A stretch of 63,420 nt of DNA, counting the filler, from Salisapilia sapeloensis CBS 127946 (Eukaryota > Protista > Oomycota): assembly GCA_023334545.1 (NCBI GenBank). It is 9 parts of 9 records of this genome, joined end to end, with 100 filler letters (N's around TTAATTAATTAA, not from the genome) between each part and the next. Parts side by side here need not be neighbours in the genome. Positions count along the whole stretch, not along the records: positions 1 to 28,043 come from JAADVB010000232.1; positions 28,144 to 43,719 come from JAADVB010000366.1; 7 more parts are not named here. One strand, given 5' to 3'. The notes beneath the pieces were generated by a model, which was not told where the DNA came from, searched no databases, and saw only the letters and a program-made list of their open reading frames with translations. Below are positions 21,849-31,800 of the stretch, one piece after another (the first letter of the stretch is position 1; the number at the start of each line of letters is the position of its first letter). The position numbers were made by a program, and so were the translations under genes.

Positions 21849-23070
21849 ATGAGTCAAGAGCCGTCGCCATCGAGTGAAGGCAGCGGCGTCACCACGCCCA
21901 CGAGTGCATCTGCGAGTGGAGACCCGTTCTACGTATTTAAAGAGTGCGTCGCTTCCTGCATCTGACAAGCCACTCGTCCGTTTTGCTAACAGAGACCTAG
22001 AGAGTTGGAAAGCAAGGTGTCATCACTGCGCCAGCGCTATTCGAGGTGGAAGAGCGCGTATGAGGATGATAGTAGTCTAGATTTTCTCACCTCCACCAAA
22101 GGTGTGTTTTATAGTTAGTGCAATCGAGACAAGATGTGGAATAGCTCATGACATGCGTAGAACTCAAGGAGGCGGTGGATGCGACGGACAAATCGCTGCA
22201 GTTTCTGGAGCAGACGATCGTGACGGTCGAGTCGAATCGGACCAAGTTTGAGCACATTGACAGTGTACGCTTGCCCGAGACCATGCAGAATATAGATGGC
22301 GATACTGACGCTAGCGTAGAGTGAACTGGCAAGTCGAAAGGCCTTTGTGACGTCCACACGCAAGGTACATGCACTTGCTCTAGCTGCGTCTGCCTTGCTC
22401 GTAGTAACTCTCGAGTAGGAGGTTTCTGAAATGTCCAAGGCAGTGTCTTCCGCGAGTGTCCAGAGCCGAGTCGAACGCGACGAGCATGCGGTAGGTGGAG
22501 TGCGTAGGAGCGAGAGAAGAGGTACTTATGCCGTCATGTAGACATTGGTGTCGAGTGCCAAGCCGAGCGTATCCAAGTTGGAGCCGAACCGGAAGGAGGA
22601 CAACTTTTTCGAGTCCGAGAGTCGATATCAGCAGGTAGCTCGAGGAATACAAAAGTAGACGGACGAGTGTCTGAGGATGTCAATGGTAGCAACTGATGCA
22701 GGAGCAGGACGAGAGTCTAGACGGACTCTCGACGTCTGTGGCGAGACTGAATCACGTGGCAGTGGGCATCAACACGGAGGTCAAGTCGCAGAACAAGTAC
22801 ACAGCCTCTAGTAAGTAGCATGAGGAGGATGCTGATGGCCATGTAGGATGCTGGACAATGTAAATGAAGAGGTGGACGACGCGAGCGACCGGATGAACGT
22901 CGTCATGGCGCGCATGAGTCGACTACTCCAGACCAAAGGTACCTTTGTCCACTTGTCTAGCTGCTACGACAGCACCTGACGCCTGTGCCACAGACAAGTG
23001 TCAGATGGGCGTCATCCTGGTCCTCGTTCTGGTGCTCGCCGTCCTCGTCTTCCTCGTCATCTACACGTAG
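21849..23070 (+). CDS. Syntaxin-6/SYP61/Tlg1-type Qc-SNARE, multi-exon (absent from ORF track)
   Basis: Spliced N-terminus DPFYVFKE|ELESKVSSLRQRYSRWK (syntaxin-6 N-domain); SNARE motif QEQDESLDGLSTSVARLNHVAVGINTEVKSQNK|MLD; C-terminal anchor VILVLVLVLAVLVFLVIYT*. Some middle exon borders are uncertain. Confidence 0.85.
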
Positions 23071-23139
23071 ATCATATCTAGGCTAGGTCGAAAGGAAAAG
23101 AGATGCATGTTATCTAGCGAAATGATTCTATAAACGTCC

Positions 23140-23814
23140 CTACACACTCCGCTGGGTCGTCGACAGCGGCGGAGTCATCTCGTACGTTGCCTGGGTCCCG
23201 GACGGGAGCGACGCCATCGGGAGCGACGCCAAGGCCGCGGCGGCTGCAGACGACGGTGTCGTGGCGCCCACCTGGATCCCCACGGGCACGAGCGCGTCTG
23301 TGTGGAGCGTCTCGAGCTCCTTCTTGTCCTGCTCCTCCTTCTGCTGCTTGGACCGGAGCTCCTTCTTCTTCCGGTCGAGCTTGCGCTGGTTGGCATTCGC
23401 GCGCAGCCGATGGTAGTTGCACAGGTTGTGGTACTCTCCGCAGTACTTGAGCGCTCTCATGTTGTGGCACTTGCCCGTCCGGTACTTGCACTTGAGGGTG
23501 GATCCGTCCGGCACTTGCTGCTGCGGCTCGTCGAACATGGCGTGGAAGCCCTGGAGGGTGCTCGGGTCGGGCTTTTTGCTCTTCTTGGACCGCTTCCTCT
23601 CTCTCGGCCCGTCCTCCTCGTGCTCTGCGTGGAAGGCCTGGAGCGTGTTCGGTCGCTTGGCACCAGATTCGTTATCAGGTGACGTCGACCGGTCGTCTTC
23701 CTTTTTCTCCTCTTTCACGTCTCTCGGCGGCTCGTTGGACTCGGAGTCACTGCCGACGGGTGCACTGAGGCTCACGAGGGCCTCGAGCGCGTGCCTGCTC
23801 TCTTCGTCTCGCAT
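23140..23814 (-). CDS. Uncharacterised protein with CKYRTGKC...H..C..H putative zinc motif and basic coiled coil
   Basis: LKCKYRTGKCHNMRALKYCGEYHNLCNYHRLRANANQRKLDRKKK; I recall this motif from oomycete hypothetical proteins. 224-aa intronless ORF. Confidence 0.8.
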   Translation of the reverse strand: MRDEESRHALEALVSLSAPVGSDSESNEPPRDVKEEKKEDDRSTSPDNESGAKRPNTLQAFHAEHEEDGPRERKRSKKSKKPDPSTLQGFHAMFDEPQQQVPDGSTLKCKYRTGKCHNMRALKYCGEYHNLCNYHRLRANANQRKLDRKKKELRSKQQKEEQDKKELETLHTDALVPVGIQVGATTPSSAAAAALASLPMASLPSGTQATYEMTPPLSTTQRSV

Positions 23815-23960
23815 CCTACGACTCTTTTCTTAGCTCGATCGGACTCGACCGCAAGTGCTGCTGATCTGACTCGGTTGTTGATCGTTGGTTTGGGATCTCG
23901 CTGCTCTTTTCAGCCAATTATAAACCTCACAAAAGAATATCTGCGAATCAGAAACACAAG

Positions 23961-25009
23961 ATGGAAGCTCGAGACGACTTGTATGACCTCCTCGGCCTCG
24001 ACGTCGGCGTCGACGCTGCTGTCGTCTCCAAGGCCTACAAGAAGCGAGCACTCAAACTCCATCCAGACCATGGCGGCGACGGTGCCTTTTCTAATGTATT
24101 ACTTGTGCTATAGAAAGACTTACAAGTGTGTCGTGCTAGTGGAAAAGTTCTTGGAGCTCAAGCAGGCCACGGATGTGCTGCTGGATGCAGACAAGAAGGA
24201 GGCGTACGACAAGAGGTTGTCGCAGGCGCTGCAGGCCAAGAAGAAGAAGCGAGAGCGGGAGGATCGCATGGCTGAGCAGCGACGGAATATGACGGACGGT
24301 ACGTCCGATCGCCAAATCTCTTGCGTCCTCTGCTGACGTACATGCGCTAGAACTACTGCGGAAGGAAGGCGTGGCAGACCAGAAACAAAGAGAGCAGAAG
24401 AAGCCTAAATACAGAAAGGAAGATCTGGCTCAATTCCGAGCACGAGGCAAGGCCAAGCAGCAGGACTTGGCAGACAAACTGGCCCAAAAGCTGCAGGAAC
24501 AGAACGACAGACGCAAGGCCAAGGCGGCAGTGGACGCACATGCAGCTCCAAAGGCCCAACGCACCGTCAAGTTCAAGTGGGGTAAGAAGCAGGAGGCTCC
24601 TTCCCACGACTCGATGACGTCGCTCCTGGAGACGTACGGCGCGATCGACAAGATCACGATCAAGAGTTCTTCTGCCAAGGTCGTCTTCCAAGACGCTCTA
24701 GCTGCAGTATGTCTCATCCTCTTTCTTCTTTTTATACTAGTACTCAATGCATGTGCTCCGTAGGCGAGAGCTGTGCGTGTGGAAGGCCACAAGGGCTGGC
24801 GAGCAGTGGAGCTGCAGGGGCACATGGTGCACACAGATAGTGTTCCTCGGTCCGAAGAGACTTTTGCATCCTCCAGAGAAGCAGATACGACGCCCAAGGC
24901 GCCTGTGCTCCCGCTGGACGCCGTGACGTTGGCCGAGCACTTGGAGCTCGAGCGCAAGGTCCTAGGAAAGCTAGATACTAGTGCACGCCAAGCGACGAGT
25001 GCCCATTGA
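23961..25009 (+). CDS. DNAJC17: DnaJ domain + RRM-like protein, DNAJC17/Cwc23-like, multi-exon
   Basis: MEARDDLYDLLGL...KAYKKRALKLHPD (J domain with HPD), a coiled coil, then TVKFKW...LLETYGAI...AKVVF (RRM-like); TGA at 25007-25009. Confidence 0.8.
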
Positions 25010-25042
25010 TTTGCTCAGGATAAAAGTAGGCGTGTATTGGCG

Positions 25043-25421
25043 TTAAGAAGACGGTCGAGGCGCTGGGCTGTCCATGGCGAGCTTTTGCAGGAACTCGACC
25101 CAGGCGTTAGAGACGTTGGCGACTTCATAGCCCTAGCGTCGAGTGAGGATAATGAACTAGTTTATGACGCATTTGGGCAACGTACGATTTCGTTTAGATG
25201 CTCGACGTTCCGGTTGAGGATGTGGATGTTCGTGATGGCCTCTTGCATGCCCTGTGGATTCATGAGAAGAGGAGTCAGAGCTGGAGTGCATGCATGTACC
25301 TCTCTTATCTCTTCTTCCAGTCGAGTCTTCTCTGCTTGAAATGTCTCCGTCTAGAGATGGCCGTGAGATGGTGTAATGGCAGTGACTACTAGTAAGACCG
25401 ACGTACAGGATGGGAGCTCAT
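25043..25421 (-). CDS. DAD1: DASH/Dam1 kinetochore complex subunit Dad1-like, 73 aa; complement(join(25043..25132,25186..25251,25300..25350,25407..25421))
   Basis: Three phase-0 GT-AG introns (56, 48, 53 nt) give MSSHPTETFQAEKTRLEEEIREGMQEAITNIHILNRNVEHLNEIGYEVANVSNAWVEFLQKLAMDSPAPRPSS. This matches the Dad1 pattern F...R..L..EI...M......I..LNR..E....G.E...V...W..F. Confidence 0.75.
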
Positions 25422-25683
25422 GGCTCGAGCTGTCCAGTGCGTGTTTCGGCGGGAGGTTGCATACAACAAAATAGCGTATGTGTTATATTAACGTATCCAT
25501 GACAGAGGTAGGGATAGACCGATAGGATCTTGAACCGACGTTTGAATCCGTAGGAGCGACCATGAGCTCAGGCTGCTATCTCTGTCTAGACTCCTAAGAG
25601 AATACTAAAGTCTTCGTTCGAGAAGATAGCTAGAAAATACCCTAGAGTCACTAGTTGATGCACTATACATTTACTTTCTATCG

Positions 25684-27717
25684 TTACAAAATCTCTTTCT
25701 CTTCGTCCTCTACGATGGTGACTGCGGCGACCATGCCAGCGTCGGAATGTCCGAGGATGTGGCAGTGAGCTATCGTCAGACCAGTGTAGTCAACGGGTCG
25801 GAAGCGGATGGTGACGTTGCCAGGCGTCGGCACTTGGATGACGTCTCTCCAGTCGCCAATCTCGTAGTCCACCCCCATCCCGTGACTCGCATCCACGATC
25901 TGAAAGGCGTTCGTGTGCATGTGGAACGGATGATTCTTAGTCGTGGCATCTCCGGACTCGTCTCTCATATTCGTGACGACCCACTCCTGCACTCTTCCGA
26001 GTCGCATGGATCGGATAGACGTGCCGTCAAAGAGCTGGTGGTTGATCAAGTAGTCCTTGTACTTGATGCCGTCCTTGTGGTTCGACCCGCCCATGGAGAA
26101 CGCAAGCTCAAAGCGCTCCACGTCTTCATCTACGTCCAAGAGACTATTGTCGGCGTAAAGTGCTGGTGGCGGTGGCACCTCTGCTATTAATGGCATGTCC
26201 ATCAGTTCGCCTACGACGTGGATGAAGCCCAAAACACCTTGGAAGACGTCTGTCCTCGGTCCGATAAACGCGTTGACACTCGGCTCCTTGACGCTCTGGA
26301 TCGGACGCAACGCCTCTCTCATGCCATCTCCCATGACGTTCGGTGCACAGTTGATAACGATATCAGCGCGCATGCCAGGAGACAGGAGCACCATGTCCTT
26401 CTCTCTCGGTTTCGACAAGTAGATGCCGTCCATGGCCGCCACTCGCATCGAGCAGCCAGGGATCGACAGCTCCAGCGTGCTGATGCCGCCCGCATTTATA
26501 AACCGAAGGAGCCGATTCTCATGCGGACGGAGCTCAATCTTGGGCTGGTACTGCCCATTGATCGCAAAGAACCCGACCAACGGCGGTCGGATCGATGCGG
26601 ACGCATCTGCCTGCGTCTCGTCCACTCGCTCCTCTGCTCCGCTCTTGTACATGCGACGCACGTTTGGCGAGCAAGGGATCTCGAGCGACGGCTGGGCGAG
26701 ATGGACGCGAGGGAAGAGCGTGCGCACTTTGGCGTCCAAGAGCGCTCGGTCAGTGTACCGGAGGTCGAGGTCGAGGAGACTGCGGGAGGCGTTGGCTGCG
26801 TTTGGTAAGGACGCAGAGAGGCCGCCTTGGAAGCGGAAATCCTGAACGATGAGCAGCTCGGACTGCATCTGTGCGTAGGCAGGAGGCATGGAGGCCGAGT
26901 CGTCTTGTACGATGACAGCTCCGACCATCCCTCCACCCATTTGGAGGAAGACGTTGCCATGGTAGTGTGGATGGTAGAGGAAGAGTCCTCTCGGGTGGTT
27001 CTCTGGGATATGAAACTCGGAGTACATGGTTTCTCCTGGCTCATTCACACGCAAGACGTTGTCTGCGATGCCAGTCGGATCGACGTGCATGCCGTGCAGA
27101 TGGATGTTGGTGCTGTTCGGATCGTGCATCGTGTTGGGACTCCAGGGACCACGGACGTTCGGCCCGAGTGTATTCACGGTCGAGATTGCCAGCATGTCTC
27201 CGGGTCGTACCAGTAATGTCGGACCTGGGACGCTATCTTCATAGACTCTCGTTCGGAATGCGATCGGGCCGTTCGTCACGTCCGCAGTGCCGACATGGAG
27301 TGTCGTGTTGAGCACGCCGTCCACTGCCTGACGCACTGGAGGCTGCTGCAACACGGACAGCTCCTCTGCTAGCTCCTGTATGGCTGCGTACCTGTCTCTC
27401 TCATTCATGAAGGCACCAAACGTCGACACACCGATCGGACCTCGGACACCACCGGGACCTGGACTAGCTACCATGAACTGGTGGTGGGCAAGCCCTCGAA
27501 TCATGACTGTGAGTGTCAGGATGCCCATTGCACATACGATGAGGAAGACTCCATTCCGGCCTCGGCGTAGCGTTGCGAGGTCACCGGCGTCAGCTAGATG
27601 GTCATCTGGTAGCTTGTCGACGGACGGCGAGTCTAGGACGCTGGTGCCGTATAATTGACCGCCACTGCGTTTGCGAGAGTGACTGTGTGGAGGAGACCTA
27701 TCGTCGGTGTTGGCCAT
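25684..27717 (-). CDS. Three-domain multicopper oxidase with N-terminal signal-anchor (intronless)
   Basis: Copper ligands HLHG, YHPHYHG, HPFHMH and HCHILGHSDAGM (axial Met); transmembrane segment VFLIVCAMGILTLTVMI. The first ATG is at 27717; the ORF track start is GTG. Confidence 0.92.
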   Translation of the reverse strand: MANTDDRSPPHSHSRKRSGGQLYGTSVLDSPSVDKLPDDHLADAGDLATLRRGRNGVFLIVCAMGILTLTVMIRGLAHHQFMVASPGPGGVRGPIGVSTFGAFMNERDRYAAIQELAEELSVLQQPPVRQAVDGVLNTTLHVGTADVTNGPIAFRTRVYEDSVPGPTLLVRPGDMLAISTVNTLGPNVRGPWSPNTMHDPNSTNIHLHGMHVDPTGIADNVLRVNEPGETMYSEFHIPENHPRGLFLYHPHYHGNVFLQMGGGMVGAVIVQDDSASMPPAYAQMQSELLIVQDFRFQGGLSASLPNAANASRSLLDLDLRYTDRALLDAKVRTLFPRVHLAQPSLEIPCSPNVRRMYKSGAEERVDETQADASASIRPPLVGFFAINGQYQPKIELRPHENRLLRFINAGGISTLELSIPGCSMRVAAMDGIYLSKPREKDMVLLSPGMRADIVINCAPNVMGDGMREALRPIQSVKEPSVNAFIGPRTDVFQGVLGFIHVVGELMDMPLIAEVPPPPALYADNSLLDVDEDVERFELAFSMGGSNHKDGIKYKDYLINHQLFDGTSIRSMRLGRVQEWVVTNMRDESGDATTKNHPFHMHTNAFQIVDASHGMGVDYEIGDWRDVIQVPTPGNVTIRFRPVDYTGLTIAHCHILGHSDAGMVAAVTIVEDEEKEIL

Positions 27718-28043
27718 GGCGGAGGAAATAGTAGAATAGGTGGACGAGTACGACCGCTGACGCACATAGAGACGTACGCGGCCGGCGCGTATCTTTGAGC
27801 ATGCTGCGCATTTAACAGATGATAAAACAAGAGTTTACTTGTACATTATTAATGCAAAAGTAAGTTCTTTCGTGTTTATTTTGAGGTATACGTCTCTCCT
27901 GGGTACATATAAAGAGAGTATCGTGTGCTGCATGCACGAGTGAATGGATAAGTAGTTGAAGAGTACATGCGTGTTTCGTGCGTTTATAATTGGACTCCGT
28001 TGGGATTGAGGAACCAGTAGAGTAGCGACTGGATGTGGTGGTA

Positions 28044-28143
28044 NNNNNNNNNNNNNNNNNNNNNNNNNNNNNNNNNNNNNNNNNNNNTTAATTAATTAAN
28101 NNNNNNNNNNNNNNNNNNNNNNNNNNNNNNNNNNNNNNNNNNN
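28044..28143. other. Artificial assembly spacer
   Basis: 44 N + TTAATTAATTAA (stops in all six frames) + 44 N. Confidence 0.97.
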
Positions 28144-28147
28144 TAGC

Positions 28148-28298
28148 GGGAAAGCTATATTGAAGTGTTGCGTTAGGTTTTTAATGACAAGTGGCAAACA
28201 CAGTCGGCTATTCTCAACGAACGCGAAATTGCCCGATTCAACTTGTATGAATAGAATAACGAAAGGTGAATCCCCAATCATGCCAAGTCGGTATTTAG
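28148..28298 (+). repeat. Dispersed repeat family A, copy 2 (at contig start)
   Basis: About 70% identical to the reverse complement of 3563-3713 over 151 nt. Confidence 0.8.
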
Positions 28299-29502
28299 AA
28301 TACATACGGCCTAGTTTATTTATTATTTTCTTGTGAGAGAGATAAATAAAACGATATTTTTAAACAGGCCTGACTATAGTCGCAAAAATGAAACTTTTCT
28401 ATGGGTATTCAATATGTCTTACTTCGTTTTATGTCACGATCTCGTGTAGCGCTTTATGTATAATGCGGTACTTTTCGATTCATGAAATAGTGCCTTTATT
28501 TTAGTTTAGTTAGCATGCGCTGTACCATGAACCGCTATGAGACAAGTATGTTTATCACTTCCCTGATGATCGAATGTATTAACTTCCTCTTCGTAGTCAA
28601 TTATAATCGGTAGCTAAGAACAACCTTCGTTTAACGAAGTGAACTTGAATGCTCAATCATTTTTGCCGAAAAGGATTTGTATATCGAAGCCATCGAAGCT
28701 ATTCATATTGCTCAGCCCTTCGTTGCATGTTCTTCGAACTATCATTCGAGACGAAATGGTGTAAATATCTTGTGTTCCTTTTGAGTAAATCGTAACGCTG
28801 GTATAACTCTAGATGAGGAAACCATGGCATAGAAAGATTGAATCGAACCCGCCACTTAAACACTTGATATCAAGACTCATTTTTCTAGTTGCTTCATATC
28901 CAAATCAGAGTTTTTTGCGTAAAAACCACGGTCTATTTTACACCATCAATACCTAGGTCTAGATGAAACAAACCAAAGTTTAGAGAGTATTATATGCTTT
29001 TGGATGGAAGATATCTCCTTGAATACAGTGTATATAAGAGCTTTGTGCTCGTGGTAAGTTTGCTATGACATATAATAGATGCTATTATATCCAATGTCTA
29101 TGGACGTACACACTCATGCTATTGCGATGCTCTTTATTGATTATGATCGAAAGGAGCGGCAGAGTTCGCGACCGTCAACAGTATTAAAATTTCTCGCTTA
29201 TACAGAGATTATTCCTCCTCAATTACAAAACCATTCCAACGGTAGACGTAGCATTATACTAGGCTATTTTACCACCATGAAAGCTACAGCAGAGCTAGCA
29301 TCTTGCATGCTTTCTCAATCAAAAAAGTAGATCAGCATTGAAGTTGTCAGATTTGGAAATGGCTACATCTGAACTTCAAGTCATGTGCATTAAAACCAGT
29401 GTTTTAGCAGTGTTTTAAGTAGCTAGTCGCTGGCATCTAGATTAAGCTCTCATCCTGCGCGATCCCAGTACTCGTCCCTTTGCCTTCTACCTCACAAGAC
29501 CA

Positions 29503-31752
29503 ATGCCGTCACAGAAGACTGACGCTAAAGTCAAGTACTCACAGGTAGGTGTAAGCAGTCCAGGGATACCATCAGCAGCCAACGATCCAACAGAAATCGA
29601 TGACTCGTCATCTGATGCTCCGCTCATTCGACTTACGCGTGGCCGCATCATTGTATCTGTCGTCACAGCCTTGTGTCTCTTTATTGCAATCGTATGCCTA
29701 GTCATCCGCAATCCATCACCCAAAACCAATGCAAGCGTATTATGGCAGAACAATGTCCCTCAGGACGTCGTTTCGCTCATGGACACAACCATCGATCCTT
29801 GTCACGATTTCTACTCATTCAGTTGTGGTACTTGGATACGTGATACAGAAATCCCGTCTGATCGATCATCCACAAGCGTTTCCTTTGATGCCATTCATGA
29901 TCGTAACTTTGATGTCCTTCAACAAGTGATGGAAAACCATTGGCCGATTGTTGGCGAGTACTACGAATCTTGCATGAACATGTCTGCTATCAATAATACA
30001 GGCCTACTACCGCTACAGTCTGACCTAGATGCGATCTTAAAAGCATCTACAGTATCTGAATTGATGCAAATAGCAGGTCATCTATCGATGCATAGTGCTG
30101 ATTTCTTTACAGGGCTTATAGTCGACGCAGACGGGAAGGATGCTACACACAACGTTCTTCACGTGACACAGTCCGGTCTGGTGTTACCATCCCGTGACTA
30201 TTATCTAGACAACAGTACGCTAAGTAGCATCTACGATCCATACAAGACATACATCTCTCGTATGCTCGATCTAGTGTTGGGCAAGCGACAGGTGTCAGAT
30301 AAAGTAGTTGATACAGACAAGATCGCTGCAAGTGTGATTGACTTCGAAGTCGAATTAGCCCAAACGTTTGTTCCAAAGGAAGATCTACGTGATCCTGAAA
30401 AAAGATACAACGTCTATCGCCTATCAGCAGCATTAGAAGAGTTCCCATTGCTTTTGGGTGACTACCTGCAGGGCAGTAAGATGATCCAAGGTCAAGCCAA
30501 TGCTTCGTCATACGCTTTAGAAGCAGACGAGACAAATATTATCATCTCTACACCATCCTACTTTACTAAAGCAGAGCAACTCGTAGCGAATACTAGCTTG
30601 GATACACTCAAGATGGTCATGTGGCATCAGTATCTAACTGCATTTGGTTCATCTCTACCAGAAGAGTTTATTGACGCTATTTTCCAATTCTTTGGGAAGA
30701 CACTATCTGGTCAGCAGGAGCGAAAGCCTCGATGGAAAGTATGTATCCAAAAGACCAAGAGCGCATTCCCAGATCTGCTTGGTAAGTATTACTTTCTCCA
30801 ACAATTAAACGAGAAGAGCGAGTCGTTCGCTGTGGAAATGGTAGAACGAATCGAAGCTGCCATGTCAGAGCATTTGGACACGGTCGAGTGGTTAGATAAG
30901 TCGACAAAGGAGGCAGCGAAGACCAAGTTACAGAACGTATCGAACCTCATTGGACATTCGAAGAAAAAAGAGTCCTTCCCATTCGTACTAAATGCTGACA
31001 CGTTCCTCTCGAATAAAATGAAGGTGAACGAGTATCGTGGATCCAAGATCCTTGGTACAATTGGAAACGAAGTGGATAGAGAGCAATGGCTAATGAGTGC
31101 AGCTGATGTGAATGCGTACTACCGTGCATCGATGAATCAAATGGTCTTCCCAGCAGCGATCTTACAACCTCCCTTTTTCTTATTGGATCGACACCCGGCA
31201 CAGAACTTTGGTGCAATCGGTAGTGTCATCGGACATGAACTTACGCACGGGTTCGATGATTCAGGACGACACTTTAATGGAGATGGGAACATGGTCGAGT
31301 GGTGGAGTCAGTCGACAGAAGAAGAATTTGAGAAACGAAAGCAGTGTCTAGTAGAGGAGTACGCTAGCTACCCAGTCTACAGCTCTTTTGACGACAGTCT
31401 CGAGCTTGGACATGTGAATGGGAACTATACGATCGGAGAGAATATTGCCGATGCAGGTGGCGTCAAACTCAGTCTTCGTGCGTTTCGAGAATACATGCAC
31501 GAATACGAATCCGAGCAGGAAGAAACTATGTCAAGAAGTACTCGAGAAAAGCTTTTTTTCCTTTCCTACGCGCAGAACTACTGTTCGAAAGCAAGCGATG
31601 AAGCTGCTAAGATCCAACTTTCGTCCGATCCACATAGTCCATCTAAGTGGCGCGTCAATGGTGTTTTAAGAAACAACGAAGACTTTATCCAGACATTCCA
31701 ATGCGCACAACAGAGTGAGATGCATGCAAACGATAGATGTAGTGTATGGTAA
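29503..31752 (+). CDS. M13 family zinc metallopeptidase (neprilysin/ECE-like), type II membrane
   Basis: N-terminal TM (IIVSVVTALCLFIAIVCLVI), DPCHDFYSFSCG, VNAYY, HELTHGFD, GENIADAGG, DPHSP; 749 aa intronless. Confidence 0.95.
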   Translation: MPSQKTDAKVKYSQVGVSSPGIPSAANDPTEIDDSSSDAPLIRLTRGRIIVSVVTALCLFIAIVCLVIRNPSPKTNASVLWQNNVPQDVVSLMDTTIDPCHDFYSFSCGTWIRDTEIPSDRSSTSVSFDAIHDRNFDVLQQVMENHWPIVGEYYESCMNMSAINNTGLLPLQSDLDAILKASTVSELMQIAGHLSMHSADFFTGLIVDADGKDATHNVLHVTQSGLVLPSRDYYLDNSTLSSIYDPYKTYISRMLDLVLGKRQVSDKVVDTDKIAASVIDFEVELAQTFVPKEDLRDPEKRYNVYRLSAALEEFPLLLGDYLQGSKMIQGQANASSYALEADETNIIISTPSYFTKAEQLVANTSLDTLKMVMWHQYLTAFGSSLPEEFIDAIFQFFGKTLSGQQERKPRWKVCIQKTKSAFPDLLGKYYFLQQLNEKSESFAVEMVERIEAAMSEHLDTVEWLDKSTKEAAKTKLQNVSNLIGHSKKKESFPFVLNADTFLSNKMKVNEYRGSKILGTIGNEVDREQWLMSAADVNAYYRASMNQMVFPAAILQPPFFLLDRHPAQNFGAIGSVIGHELTHGFDDSGRHFNGDGNMVEWWSQSTEEEFEKRKQCLVEEYASYPVYSSFDDSLELGHVNGNYTIGENIADAGGVKLSLRAFREYMHEYESEQEETMSRSTREKLFFLSYAQNYCSKASDEAAKIQLSSDPHSPSKWRVNGVLRNNEDFIQTFQCAQQSEMHANDRCSVW

Positions 31753-31800
31753 CTTTTAGACAACAACGGTGCGAAACACAATAAAAAGAAAGTGGACTCT

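Noticed and set aside
28088-28099. Palindromic TTAATTAATTAA repeated eight times in the window as a biological element
   Set aside because: It is always centred in exactly 44+44 N and gives stops in all six frames, so it is an assembly linker. ORFs containing X runs or ending in LIN/N are artefacts of it.
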